Below, piece by piece: positions 37,985 to 51,200 of a stretch of DNA of 64,000 bases (position 1 is the stretch's first letter; every line of letters begins with the position of its first letter). Source of the stretch: Chiloscyllium plagiosum (Eukaryota). Below the pieces are notes generated by a model. That model was given only the letters and a program-made list of their open reading frames with translations, made no database searches and was not told the DNA's origin. Where the stretch lies: positions 49,795,476 through 49,859,475 of the forward strand of contig NC_057728.1 of the NCBI RefSeq assembly GCF_004010195.1. The letters run 5' to 3'. The position numbers were made by a program, and so were the translations under genes.

Positions 37985-38985
37985 TAGAATCATAGAACCA
38001 CAGAACCATAGAATTTATAGTACAGAAGGAGGCCATTCAACTCATCATGTCTATACCAGCTCCTGAAAGATTTGCCCAGCTAGTCCCAGCTCTCAGCTCC
38101 ACCTCCCATAATGATCCAATTTCATCACTTTCAAATATATATCCAACTGTCTTTTGAAACCTCCAATGGAATCCCCCTCCCCTACTCTCCCAGGCAGCAC
38201 ATTGCAAATCCTAACAACTCTCTGAGTAAAGGCGTTTCTCCTCATCTCACTCCTAACTCTCTCGCTGACAATCTTGAGGCTCTGACCACTAGTTAGTGAC
38301 ACTGGGCCGCTGGAAAACGACACTGGAGAAGTAGTAATGGGGAACAAGGAGATGACTGAGGAACTGAATAAATACTTTGCATCAGTCTTCATGGTGGAAG
38401 ACACGAGTAACATCCCAAAAATTCAAGACGGTTGCGGGGCAGAGGTGAGTATGCTGGCTTTTACCAAGGAGAAGATGCGAGAAAAACTGAAAGGTCTGCA
38501 GGTGGATAAATCACCTGGACCAGATGGACTACGCTCCAAACTTCTGAAAGAAATAACTGAAATGATAGTGAAGGCATTACTGGTGATCTTTCAGGAATCA
38601 CTGGAGTCAGGGAGGGTTCCAGAGTACTAGAAAATCGCTGATGTAACACCTCTACACCCCCCCCCGCCAACCACTATAAAAGGGAGTAAGGAAAAAGCCA
38701 GGAAATTATAGGCCGATCAGCCTGACCTTGGTCATTGGTAAGATTTTAGAGTTCATTGCGAAAGATGAGATTTCTGAATACTTGGAAGTGCATGGTAAAT
38801 TAGGGTAAAGTCAGCATGGTCACGTCAAGGGGAGGTCATGCCTGACAAATCTGCTAGAATTCTTTGAGGAGGTAATAAGCAGGCTAGACAAGGGAGAGCC
38901 AATGGATGTTATTTACCTGGGTTCTCAGAAGGCCTTTGATAAAATGCCACTCAGGAAGCTGCTGAGTAAGATAAGAGCCCATGAT
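37985..38985. mobile_element. Two CR1 fragments: - strand 3' end (37985-38290) and + strand ORF2 middle (38293-38985)
   Basis: ELNKYFASVF, KSPGPDG, PGNYRP motifs, and a reversed 3' UTR. Confidence 0.85.
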
Positions 38986-41234
38986 GTTTGTATCCTGTCT
39001 CCACTCCCAGACTGAGTGAGAGATCATGTAATGGGTGGAGCCAATTAAATATTAACGTTACCCTCTTTAGAGCCAATCTCTTATGAATTTAAGCCTCTTT
39101 GCCTCTTTCCTTCAGTAAATCATGTGACAAGTCAAGCGAAAAGTGTCCTTCCTTACTGGGTGAAAACAGTAAGATTTGAAGCAACGATGTTCAAACAATT
39201 TGAGATTGAATTAGAAACTGGAAATTCAAAAGTTGACCCTGCATCAATCAGATTGAAAAACTTGGAGGCGCTTAAAATGTTAGATATCACCAAGCTATCG
39301 GGGTGACTTATGAAAGCTATTACAAAACCAATTTGTGACTGAAGTCTGATGCAGGCATAGTTTCTCCAGGAAAAGGAATTTGTTCAGAGCAGTTAAGGAA
39401 ATAATTACCTCAGTGAAAGAGTGTTGTTTGTGAAACTTCGAGACCTGCAGCGTTTGGTTATTCAAGACTGAGAAAGTCTGAGATCTCAGCGATGTGAAGA
39501 TTCGGCGAAAAAGCTTCACAACTGACAGGGCAGGAATGGAGGAAGAAAACAATGAAGTCAAACCTACAGAATCAATAAAGAAGGAATTTCTCTGCACTTT
39601 TCATTAAGTGTGAAGTGTTGGTGTTGTGGAGTAGATTGTTTTGACATGTGTTTTGAAATGTCTCAAACTGTGTTATATATAAATAATTCAGTTTGTTTTA
39701 TTTTATTCCAATTTCTCTTGGGCAGTAATGGTCTGCTTTTTTGTTTAAACTGCTTGTGTGCTTATGTTTCATGAAAGACCACTACATTAAATATTTAAAA
39801 TGTAGCAAGATCCGTCAAATCCCTACAGTGTGGAAACAGGCCATTCGATACGAGTCCACACTGACCCTCCAAAGAGCACCCAGACCCATCCCCTTACCAT
39901 ATCCCTGTAACGCTGCATCCATCAGGCTTGATTTCATTCTGGTGTCTGAATGTCCAGCAGTAACACCAACTGCGATTGTAACACCTCACAGTGAGTGAGC
40001 TGCTGCTTCCTGTGACTGTCACTAGGGAGAGAAAGAGAGAGAAGGAAGTCTGTCAATGACTGCATAGATGTCATGTTTATGTAGCTGAGTGATGAGGGCT
40101 GCAAAGTCTGGGTGTGAGACTAACAACAGCGTTAGAGTTCAGTGTAGCTATTTTCATTGAGTGCTGACTGATACACATTGTGGGTTGAGGCCTTGGCCAA
40201 GTGTGTAAGGCAGTGCTTCTCAAGTGTTGTTCCTCCATAACACTCTTGCCAGGCCTAAACAATTTGTCACTACCCCCTCCCTCAGTGAAAACTGAGAGGT
40301 GGGGGGGAGGGATGAATAAAAGGTCGATGTGAACAGAGGCCAGGATAGTGACTAGTCCTGAGTACAGCGGCAGGGGTGGTGGTGCTCTGCAATGGCCCTT
40401 GCTCCCTTGGAGCTTGCAACCCAAAATGTTCAGCTCCCAACCCCACTTGGGGTCCTGGCCCCTCATGGGATGACCTGGGGCAAAGCTGATGGCTCAGTCA
40501 GTCTGTTAAGACCTTTTCACATGCCGTCACTGATGTTGACCCCTTGATGGGGCTTGATCCCCATTATTGACCTCAACGCTATCTCTTCCTGCTGCTTCTC
40601 TCACTTCTGCACCTGCTCTGGCCAGAATGCAGCTCCCGTTTAACAGCTGAAGGCTGACTTTAAGTATTTTGCTGACATTAAGCAATGCAGGACTCATAAG
40701 AAAATAAGAACATAAGAAATAGGCCCAGGCATAAGCCATTTGGCCCCACCTGCTCCACAACCCGATAAAATGGTAATTGATTTGATCCTTGTAGTGTAAA
40801 GAGTAATTTCAATATGTGAATAAAATAGTCTACATCATTAGTAATGCAACAGGATATGACTTCTTCTTTTCCTTTCTTCTTTCATGGGATGTAGACATAA
40901 CTAACAAGGCCCAGCATTTGTTGTCTATTCCTATTGCCCTTAAATTGAGTGGTTTACTCGGCCATTTCAGAGGGTAGTTAAGAGTCAATCACACTGCCAT
41001 GGGTCTGAAGTCAAATGTAGGCCGGAACGGGTAAGGCAGATAGAATTTCTTCCCTAAAGGGCATTAGTGAATCAAATGGACTTTTACAACAACTGGAGAT
41101 AGTTGTCATGGTCACCATCACAGAAATGAATTTTCAATTCCAGGTTTATTAATTTTATGAATTTTAATTCCTCGGTTGCTGTGATGGGATTTGAACCTGT
41201 CTCTCCATAGTATTAGCTTGACACCATCCATCTT

Positions 41235-42480
41235 CTATCGAATCTTACATGTTTCAGTAAGATCTCATTTCGGTCTTCTAAACCCCAAGGAGCATCACCT
41301 CAACCAGCTCAATAAGACAATCTCCTCATCCCAGGCATCAACCTAGCGAGCATTCACTGAATCATTCCCAATGCTAGTATATCCCTTCTTAAATGTACAC
41401 AGTGCTCCAGACGTAGCCTCACCAATGTCCTGTATAGTTACAGTGAGATATAGCAGCCTTTATATTGCATCACCCAGGCTAATATTCCACTTGTCTTCCT
41501 AATTATTTGTTGTAGTTCATGTACAATGACACCTTGCTCCCTCTGGACCACAGCATTCTGCAGCCCCAGTTCATTTGAACAAAATTCTGCCTTTCTATTC
41601 TTTCTGTCCAAAAATCACTTCATCTTTTCTCATATTATCTCCATCTGCCAAATTTTAGCTTACAGTAATTCCCCCATACCTGCGGTAGATAAGTTCCAGA
41701 GCCTACAGCAGAAGCCCAAAACTGCGGATAGTAGCGAAACCATTCATTTCAATGGGAAATTTACCTTCCTGGCAACACCCTGTTCCCTGGTTCTGGAATG
41801 TTCCCTGTAATATGTTTGGGCAGCGATAAACAGTGGGTAACTGAGACCATGATAACAAGACCCACGGATACGGTGGTCGGCCGTACTCATTTAACCTATT
41901 GATTTCCCTCGCTTTCTTCCTCACAATTTGGTCTGTCACTTACAATTAAATTGTGCACAAATATGGCTAGAGTGCACTCAGTCCCCTCATTCCAAATTAT
42001 TGTAAACAGTTAAGACCTCACAACTGCCCATGTGGCATCTCAAGAGTTGGAGTTTGACTGCCTGAAATGACAGATTTAGGTGAATAAATTTCCTTTTTTA
42101 GTCAATCCTCTATCCACTCTAATTATAAGACCTAAAACTATGAACTCTTACACAGTGAACATTTATGTGGCATCTTTTCAAATGCCTTTTGGAAATCGAA
42201 ATACACCACATCTACTGGTATCTCTTTCTCCACCCTATTTATTACCTCCTCACGTGATTTCACTTTTGTACAATCATGTTGACTCCGCCTAATTGTATTG
42301 TGATCTTCTCAATTTCCTCCTATCAGCTTCTCAGTTATGGAAGCTACCATTTTCCCAATGATAGATGTTAGATGAACTAGCTTATAGTTTTCTCTCACTC
42401 TCCTTTCTTGAATAGCAGCGTTACATTTGCAGTTTCCCAGTTTTCTGGCTTCAGGGAATTTTGGAAGATTGCAACTAAAA
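41235..42480 (-). mobile_element. Old CR1 RT fragment interrupted by a MITE
   Basis: Reverse NVTLLFKKG..ENYKLVHLTSIIGK and a degenerate DFQKAF motif. Confidence 0.7.
41663..41883. mobile_element. Tigger/pogo-type MITE
   Basis: TA TSDs at 41661-41662 and 41884-41885. Imperfect TIRs CAGTAATTCCCCCATACCTGCGG and (rc) CGGCCGACCACCGTATCCGTGGG. CR1 flanks rejoin. Confidence 0.7.
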
Positions 42481-43399
42481 TGTTCCTGTTCAGGTTTACA
42501 ACTTGTCTGCCTGCACACAATTCCTGTTCCAAAGGAAGTGCCAACACAATGATTGGCGACAGGAATGGTGTGCAAATGTTGTTTTGATTTTGTCCAGCGG
42601 AGATGTTGCCTGGATTTTGGAAATGCATGGGATTAAGGACATAACTTTGAGGGTCCTTGGGCTACAGTTGACTCCAGGAAAGAAGGTACTCAACAGGGAG
42701 CAGGCTGAGAGTGGCAGCCGTGAGGGGACACTGGCTAAAGAGATGAGCATGCACCTAAGATCCATCACAGTCATTGAGGAGAGTGGGTATGAGGGGAGTT
42801 GGTGAGCGGGCAATGCCAAGCAGAACGTACATTAGCGCAGGGAACGACCAACGTGGGAGCATTCACCAGGGGGACAGTCTTCTTGGAACCACCTGAGAGA
42901 TGTCTGGATAACCTTGATAACTATATCTGTTTATTAATGGAAGTTTTAAATAAAGGGGGAGGGTATCATGTATTTAGTTGGAGATGCTGCCTCTTTAAGG
43001 ATGAGTCGGGGGGCAGAGCTCGGCTGAGGAGGTGTGAACATCATTGGTAAAGTGTTTCTGTTCAGTTTTTCCATTTGTCTACTTGGTGTATAATTCCGGG
43101 TTCCAAAAACAGCACAAGGAGCAGCTATCTTCAAGGCCAGGAGCCTTTAAATGGACTTTGATGATCTTTGTCATATATTTCCTTAATTTTGTAACTTATG
43201 ATTTTACCATGAGTTCTATCATTATAGGTGCCATGTTAGTGCGGCTTAGAACACTCTTCATTGCATTTTTCTTGTAAGAATACATATGACAATAAATTCT
43301 AATTCTAAAATAACAGTTTGCTTTCTGTCTTATTACACTGTGTGACGCTGCAACCTTTTTGATGTTTAGGTCTTGTACCAAGCATTCACTGGGGAATTG

Positions 43400-43552
43400 T
43401 TGCATTTCGCAATAAGTCACAGGGTGGGACAGGAAGCTTTCTGCATGCTGTGTTGAACTTTGGTTAAATAGCAGTCTGTCACTTACTTTGTGCTGAGAGC
43501 GTCCTGCATCAAAACAACACGGGCTAAAACTTTCTGCTGAAGGATTGTCAAA
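43400..43552 (+). promoter_or_regulatory. Putative tetraspanin proximal promoter and 5' UTR
   Basis: Non-repetitive. Motif cluster upstream of the ATG: ATTTCGCAAT (C/EBP-like, 43404), GGGTGGG (KLF/Sp-like, 43422), CAGGAAG (ETS-like, 43430), TGAACTTTG (HNF4-like, 43454), TTAAATA (TATA-like, 43464). Confidence 0.5.
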
Positions 43553-43615
43553 ATGGTGGTGATTCAGGCAAGATGCATTAAATATTGTCTCCTTATACTC
43601 AACCTGATATTTGCG
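43553..43615 (+). CDS. CD9/TSPAN2-like tetraspanin, coding exon 1 (MVVIQARCIKYCLLILNLIFA)
   Basis: aaaATGG Kozak context, CIKYxLxxxNxIF signature of CD9/TSPAN2/CD81 N-termini, GCG|GTAGGT donor in phase 0. Confidence 0.85.
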
Positions 43616-44449
43616 GTAGGTTGGACTTTCTGCTTGTTTTGTGAGTGTGACTTTCACTCGTTTGTAAAAATAGAGTTTAGCAATTTCTAAGATGAATATT
43701 GACCATAATAAGGTCATTGTTGATCCTCTGTTGTTCATTTTTTTAGACTTTATTTGTTGTATAGTGAATTATCTATCAATGCCTTTTTAATATTTTCATA
43801 CTTTGCAACATTATTTGAAATAATTTTAAAATTATTATAAAGCAACTTTTGTGCATTTTAAAATGGGGGCTAAAACAATCCTTAGATAAAAGCTCTTTTC
43901 TTGAGGCTTGTGTTGAAGGGAAAAACAATGCTTCTTTGGTTCTGATGGTTGAGTTACATAGCTGTGCTGGAACTGTGTCTCACTGTATTGCCTTGATCGG
44001 ACACTGAATGTTCTCTGGCCTTTTCTGAGAGCAGCAAACTGGAGGTATATTTGCGTATATCCCTGCCATGGTTTGTGTGGATGGGTATTTAGCAGTGCCC
44101 AGGAACTTGGTGGGATGTTCAAAGATCTTCAGTCAGGTTCATTTTGTTTTGTGTGACATTGTGCGAATTCCATTCGCTTCTATCCGAACTGAAATCAATC
44201 TCGAGGTTCAAGCCCATGGCTCTAAAAGGGTTGCTGCCACCTCTCAGCGTAGTTGAAAGATGTTGTTAAGGTACTGGGCGTTTGGGGAGGTGGTGGCTTT
44301 TCTTGTTTCCATGGTCTCCCCTGAAGGTTGCAGGTGGCAGGTAATGGAGAGGGCAAACTGATGTGAGGCAGCACCGACAGAATGAGTGCTGGGGGTTGAT
44401 GTATATTCAGTCAGTTTGGACAAATCAAGTTTGACAACTTCTGGTCTAT

Positions 44450-44760
44450 ACCTTCCAAACCCGCCACCACTTCCACCGAGAAAGACAAGGGCAGCAGCTA
44501 TACCTGGGAACACTCACCAACTGCAAGTTCGCCCTCCAAACTGCTCACCATCCTGACTTGGAAATATATTGCTCTTCCTTCAGTATTGCTGGGACAAGTT
44601 CCTAGAATTCACTCCCTAATGGGATTGTGCATATCACGACAGGACATCGACTGCAGCGGTTCAGGAAGGCGGCTCACCTCCCCCTTCTTAAGGGTAATGG
44701 GGACGCGGCAATAAAGGCTTGGCCGGCCAGTGACATTTAGGTGCCGTGAGTGAAAAAAAC
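44450..44760 (+). mobile_element. LINE 3' end, probable partner of SINE family B (also about 8890-9012)
   Basis: ccatcctgacttggaaatatat...gactgcagcggttcaggaagg...caataaag...ggccagtgac, A-rich end. Confidence 0.6.
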
Positions 44761-45984
44761 AAAACTGATGCACAGTACACTTCTGCAGTATATGTAAAAG
44801 GGCCATTGTTGTTGCCCAAACCACAGATATCGACACTCCCCCAGCTTGTGCTCAGCAGTAACAGCAAATTGAAGAGGAATTCTGAGACTTAAATAGAATT
44901 GGAAGAGGAATGGGTGATAGAGATGGAGAAGAGTGACCCAGCAAAGCTGCAGTGTCCCCAAAATAAAATAGGAGAGGCTAAAAGATGTCAGATTACTATC
45001 TAGAATTGAAATGGTCAACCTTTCATAAGATTCCCCTGTTGGTTTTCTGTAACTTGGGAAAGAATGGTATAAAACCCTGAATGAACAGGGTATATGAGTC
45101 CACACTGTTTCACTGAGCTGTTTGTAACTTGCAGTCACAATTCCAGACAAATCTCCTGAAGTGAAAATTCATGTCCAAATTACAGCAAAGTTAATTTGCT
45201 TCTCTACCTTTCTTCTTCAGTTGCTTTCCTCCTTTTTTTTTTAATGTTCTTGTGATTCTCTGGTCTCTCCTGCGTTTTCAATTGCATTTTAATAACTTTG
45301 TTTGAACTTACCTACATTCACTGCTGTGGTCAATCCACCATTCATGACCAGACTGGTGTTTGTTACTTTTCAGCCATATCTCATTGGATAGCACTCTCAC
45401 CTCTGAGCCATAAAGTTGTAAGTTCAAATCCCAGTCCAGCTCAGCCACAGAATCCAGACTGATGCTCTCAATACATTACCAAGAGAATGCTGCATGATTG
45501 CAGATTCTTATTGAAGATATTGAATTGAATCCCCACAACACGAGAGTTTCTTCTGGCTCTCCTGCACAATATTTTTGTATTTATTCCTCAAGCAAACACT
45601 ATTTTAAAAAAAAATGAACTTTTCATTGTTGCAATATGGGCTCTTGCTGCAGGCAAATTAGTTGCTGCGATTCCCACATTACAGGAAGCACACCTCACTT
45701 GGCAGTAAAGCATTTTGAACATCTGGAAGTCAGCAAAGACATGACAGAAAACCATCCCTCTCTGAGTACATGGTATTAAGCCAATACCTTTGAATGAATG
45801 AGCCCCTATAAATGATATTCAATGGGAAATTTCACACTATTGGTCCATGGATGATGGAGAGAACATCTCATTTGATAAACAAGATTGTCCTATTATCAAC
45901 GATACCTTTCATTTACACTTTCTTTATTTATTCGTATGATGTGGGAATCATTGGCTGGACTAAAATTTATTGCCCACTCCTAAT

Positions 45985-46338
45985 TGGGCAGCACAGAGGC
46001 CTCAGTGGTTAGCACTGTTGCCTCACAGCACCAGGGACCTGGGTTCGATTCCACCCTCAGGCGACTGCCTGTGTGGAGTTTGTACATTCTTCCTGTGTTT
46101 CCTCTGGGTGCTCTGGTTCCCCCTGCCCACCAGTCCAAAGATATGCAGGTTAGGTGGATTGGCCATGTTTAGTTGCCAGGGGTGTGCAGGCTAGATGGAT
46201 TAGCCATGGGAAATGCAGGGTTACAAGGTTAGGATAGGGTAAGGGAATTGGTCCGGGAGAATGCTCATTGGAGGGTCAGTGTGGACTTGATGGGCCAAAT
46301 GGCTTATTTCTACACTGTAGGGATTCTATCATTCTAAT
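45985..46338 (+). mobile_element. HE1-type V-SINE nested in a family B SINE
   Basis: A and B boxes, V-domain, tail. Confidence 0.85.
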
Positions 46339-46579
46339 TGACATGGAACTGAATGACTTGCCAGACCATTTCAAGGGCAATTAAAAGTTAAACACATTGC
46401 TGTGAGGTTGAAGTCACATGTTGGCTAAAGTCAGGTGTGGTCAATAGATTCCCTTCCCTAAATTGCATGAGTGAACAAGATGGGCTTTTACAACAACCAA
46501 CAGTAGCTACATGGTCTTTTATTGTAGTTATTAACTGAGTTCAAATTTCACCTCCTGCATGTGAGATTTGAACACACAA

Positions 46580-46852
46580 GGAAAGAGGGGAAAGATATAA
46601 AAGAGATCTAAAAGGCAACTTTTTCACACAGAGGGTGGTACGTGTATGAAATAAGCTGCCAGAGGATGTGATGGAGGCTGGTACAATTGCAACATTTAAG
46701 AGGCATTTGGATGGGTATATGAATAGGAAGGGTTTGGAGGGATATGGGCCAGGTGCTGGCAGGTGGGACTAGATTGGGTTGGAATATCTGGTCGGCATGG
46801 ATGAGTTGGACCGAAGGGTCTGTTTCCGTGCTGTACATCTCTATGACTCTAT
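46580..46852 (+). mobile_element. CR1 3' fragment
   Basis: CR1 3' UTR with ctctatgactctata tail. Confidence 0.9.
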
Positions 46853-47058
46853 ACCCAGAACGTTAACCTGGAGTGCTGAATTATTAGATTAGTTGCATTA
46901 CTATTAGATTGTGTTAGGGGACTCCCTAATCGGAGGCACAAATCAATGTTTCTGTGGTCAGCAGTGAAAAACCAGAATGGTGTGTTGCCTCCCTGGTGCC
47001 AGGATCAGAGAGGGTGCAGAATGTTCTCAAGGGGGAGAGGGGCCAGCAGGAGGTAATT

Positions 47059-47535
47059 AGGAGAAAGTGATGACTGCAGATGCTGGAGACCAGAGTTGAA
47101 AAATGTGATGCTGGAAAAACGCAGCAGGCCATGCAGCATCCGAGGAGCAGGAGAATCGACGTTTCGGGCATAAGCCCTTCTTCAGGAATGAGGCTGGTGT
47201 GTCAGGTGGGCTGAGATAAAAGGTAGGGGGGAGGGGATTTGGAGGAGCGGCCCTGGGAACACGATAGGTGGAAGGAGGTGAGGGTGAGGGTGATATCTGG
47301 CGATGGAGGAGGCCAAGGACCTGCATGTCCTTGGCGGAGTGGGAGGGGGAGTTACAGTGCTCAGCCACGGGACGGTATGGTTGGTTGGTGTGGGTGTCCC
47401 AGAGGTGTTCCCTGAAACGTTCCGCAAGTAGGCGACCTGTCTCCCCAATGTAGAGGAGACCACATCGGGTGCAGCGGATACAGTAAATGATGTGTGTGGA
47501 GGTGCAGGTGAATTTGCGACAGATGTGTCTCATTG
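47059..47535 (-). mobile_element. Neptune-type PLE fragment (GIY-YIG plus terminal repeat) inserted in CR1 ORF1
   Basis: FTCTSTHIIYCIRCTRCGLLYIGETGR. TSD ggaggtaatt at 47049-47058 and 47536-47545. Confidence 0.92.
47158..47185 (-). ncRNA. Best-preserved minimal hammerhead core, family A
   Basis: attc-CTGAAGA-AGGGC-TTAT-GCCC-GAAA-CGTC-gatt. All core positions present, palindromic ACGT stem III, GUC cleavage triplet. Confidence 0.75.
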
Positions 47536-50500
47536 GGAGGTAATTGTACACATTGGAACCAATGACATAGGAGGGGAAAAGGATGAAATTCTGAAGGGAA
47601 AATGCAGAAAGTTAGGCGAGTCCTTGAGGGTAATAATATCTGGATTACTCCCGGTGCTACAAGCTAGTGAGGGTACGAATAGGAGGATAGAGCAGATAAA
47701 TGCGTGGCCGAGGAGCTGGAAGGATTCACATTTTTGTATCATTGGAATCTTTTGTGGGTGGAAGTGACCTGTATAAGAAGGATGAATTGCACCTGAATTG
47801 GAAGGGGACTAATATACAAGCAGGGAGGCTTGCCGGAGCTGCTCAGCAGGATTTAAACTAGTAGGGAATGGGGTGGGGGATGCAGTGGGAACCAGGGAGA
47901 TAGAGATCAATCTGAGATTGGTACAGTTAAGAAAGGAAGTGAGTCAAACAGTAAGAGCAGGCAGGGACAAAGCAGAGAACAAGGTAGGACTGATAAATGA
48001 AACTGCATTTATTTCAATGCAAGAGGCCTGACAGGGAAGGCAGATGAACTCAGTGCATTGTTAGGAACATGGGACTGGGATATCATAGCAATTATGGAAA
48101 CATGGCTCAGGGATGGGCAGGACTGGCAGCTTAATGTTCCAGGATACAAATGCTACAGGAAGGATAGAAAGGGAGGCAAGAGAGGAGAGGGAGTGGCATT
48201 TTTGATAAGGGATAGCATTACAGCTGTGCTGAGGGAGGATATTCCCAGAAATACATCCAGGGAGGTTTTTTGGGTGAAACTAAGAGATAGGAAAGGGATG
48301 ATCACCTTATTGGGATTGTATTATAGACCTCCTAATAGTCAGCACGAAAATGCAAAACAAATTTGGAAGGAAATTTCAATTATCTGTAAGTATAATAGAA
48401 TGGTTATAGTAGGGGATTTTAACTTTCCAAACATAGATTGGGACTGCCATAGTGTTAAGGGTTTAGATGGAGAGGAATTTATTAAGTGTGTACTCGACAA
48501 TTTTCTGATTCTGTATGTGTATGTACCTACTAGAGAAGGTGTAAAACCTGACCTACTCTTGGGAAATAAGGCAGGGCAGGTGACTGAGGTGTTAGTGGGG
48601 GAGCACTTTGGGGCCAGCAACCATAATTCTATTTGTTTTAAAATAGTGATGGAAAAGGATAGACCAGATCTAAAAGTTGAAGTTCTAAATTGGAGGAAGA
48701 TTAACTTAGATGGCATTAGGCAAGAACTTTCGAAAGCTGTTTGGGGCAGATGTTCACAGGTAAAGGGACAGCTGGAAAATGGGAAGCCTTCAGAAATGAG
48801 ATAATAAGAGTCCAAAAACAGTATATTCCTGTCAGGGTGAAAAGGAAGGCTGGTAGGTATAGGGAATGCTGGATGACTGAAGAAATTGATGGTTTGGTTA
48901 AGAAAAAGAAGGATGCATATGTAAGGTATAGACAGGATAGATCGAGTAAATCCTTAGAAGAGTATAAAGGCAGTAGGAGTATACTTAACGGGAAATCAGG
49001 AGGGCAAAAAGGAGACATGAGATAGCTTTGGAAAATAGGGTTAAGGAGAATCCAAAGGGTTTTTTCAAATACATTATGGACAAAAGGGTAACTAGGGAGA
49101 GAATAGAGCCCCTCAAAGATCAGGAAGGAGGCCTTTGTGTGGAGCTGCAGGAGATGGGGGAGATAGTAAACGAGTATTTTGCATCAATATTTACTGTGGA
49201 AAAGGACATGGAAGATTTAGAATGTGGGGAAATAGATGGTGACATCTTGAAAAATGTCCATTTACAGAGGAGGAAGTGCTGGATGTCTTGAAACTCATAA
49301 AGGTGGATAAATCCCCAGGACCTGATCAGGTGTACCCTAGAACTCTGTGGGAAACTAGGGAAGTGATTGCTGGGCCCCTTGCTGCGATGTTTGTATCATT
49401 GATAGTCACAGATGAGGTGCTGAAAGACTGGAGGTTGGCTAACATGGTGCCACTATTTGAGAAAGGAGATAAAGACAAGCCAGGGAACTATAGACCAGTG
49501 AGCCTGACGTTGATGGTGGGCAAGTTGTTGGAGGGAATCCTGAGGGACAGGATTTACACATATTTGGAAAGGCAAGGACTGATTAGGGATAGTCAACATG
49601 GCTTTGTGTGTGGGAAATCATGTCTCAGGAACTTGATTAAGTTTTTTGAAGAAGTAACAAAGAAGGTTGATAAAAGCTTGGTAGTAGATGTGATTTATAT
49701 GGACTTCTGTAAAGTATTCAACAAGGTTCCCCATGGGAGACTGGTTAGCGAGGTTAAATCTCATGGAATACAGGGAGAACTACCTATTTTGCAGAACTGG
49801 CTCAAAGGTAGAAGACAGAGGTTGGAGGTGGAAAGTTCTTTTTCAGACTGAAGGCCTGTGACTAGTGGAGTGCCACAAGGATCAGTACTGGATCTACTAC
49901 TATTCTTCATTAATATAAATGATTTGAATGTGGATATAGGAGGTATAGTTAGTAAGTTTGCAGATGACACCAAAATTGGAGATGTAGTGGACAGCGAAGA
50001 GGGTTACCAATGATTATAATGGGATCAGATGGGCCAATGGGCGGAAGAGTGGCAGATGGAGTTTAATTTAGATAAATGCAAAGCGTTGCATTCTGGGAAA
50101 GCAAATCTTAGCAGGACTTATACACTTAATGTTAAGGTCCTAGGGAGTGTTTGCTGAACAAAGAGACCTTGGAGTGCAGGTTCATAGCTCTTTGAAAGTG
50201 GAATTGCAGGTAGTTAGGATGGTGAAGAAGGCATTTTGTATGCTTTCCTTTGTTGGTCAGAGTATTGAGTACAGGAGTTGGGAGGTCATGTTGCGTCTGT
50301 ACAGAACATTGATTCGGCCACTTGTGGAATATTGCGTGCAATTCTGGTCTCCTTCCTATCGGAAAGGTGTTGTGAAACGTGAAAGGGTTCAGAAGAGATT
50401 TACAAGGATGTTGCCAAGTTTGGAGGATTTGAGCTATAGGGAGATGTTGAGTAGGCTGGGGCTGTTTTCCCTGGAACGTCAGAGGCTGAGGGCTGACTTT

Positions 50501-51200
50501 ATAGAGGTTTATAAAATCATGAAGGGCACAGATAGGATAAGTAGTCAAGGTCTTTTCCCTGGGGTGGAGGAGTCCAGAACTAGAGGGCATAGGTTTAGGG
50601 TGAGAAGGGAAAAATATAAAAGAGACCTAAGGGGCAATGTTTTCATGTAGAGGGTGGAGCATGTATGGAATGAGCTGCCAGAGGAAGTGGTAGAGGCTGG
50701 TACAATTGTAACATTTAAAAGACATCTGGATGCGTATATGAATAGGAAGGGTTTGGAGGGATATGGGCTGGGTGCTGGCAAATGGAACTAGAATGGGTTG
50801 GGATATCTGGTCAGCATGGACAAATTGGACCGACAGTCTGTTTCTGTGCTGTACATCTCTATGACTACATAACACCACTGACTCCCATGCAAGGAACATG
50901 AGGGCCCGCCCATGCCTAATTGTCCTGGAGAAGCTGATGGCTCGCCACATTCTTGAACCCTGTGTCCCTTGCAGACAGCTGAGAAGTGTGTTGGTTGTTT
51001 AAGAGGGCGGTTAAGAGTCACAAATTGCTGTGGGTTGGGTTCTCATGTAGGCTCGACCATACAAGGAAGGCAGATTTCCTTCCCTAAATGACGTTCATGC
51101 GCTATGCAGTTTATTAAGAATAAATATATTAGACACTGTTTCCTATAAAATCTTCATGATTAACAATGTTAAGATCACCTTCCTCATTGTTACTTTCCAG

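Larger units (their letters stand above)
46910..50867 (+). mobile_element. Near full-length HER1/CR1 LINE in tetraspanin intron 1: ORF1 SGNH-esterase part, APE, RT, 3' UTR; inactivated
   Basis: LGDSL..., VIVHIGTNDIG, IISGLLPV (ORF1), DIIAIMETWL, YRPPN, VGDFNFPNIDW (APE), KSPGPD, PGNYRPVSL, SKFADDTKIG (RT). Multiple frameshifts and stops. Confidence 0.96.

Noticed and set aside
39027..39786. Third solo LTR (tgtaatgg...ccactaca)
   Set aside because: Ends look LTR-like but the flanks (atca / ttaa) do not form a TSD. Left uncalled.
43044..43277. Hydrophobic ORF near the tetraspanin start as exon 1
   Set aside because: No tetraspanin signature, and its nearby donor is in the wrong phase.
46910..50867. 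Active autonomous CR1
   Set aside because: 5' end missing, ORF1 interrupted by a PLE, ORF2 frameshifted several times.
51156..51200. In-frame ATG giving MINNVKITFLIVTFQ before tetraspanin exon 2
   Set aside because: Explained by the polypyrimidine tract. A proper CIKY-containing exon 1 exists at 43553.
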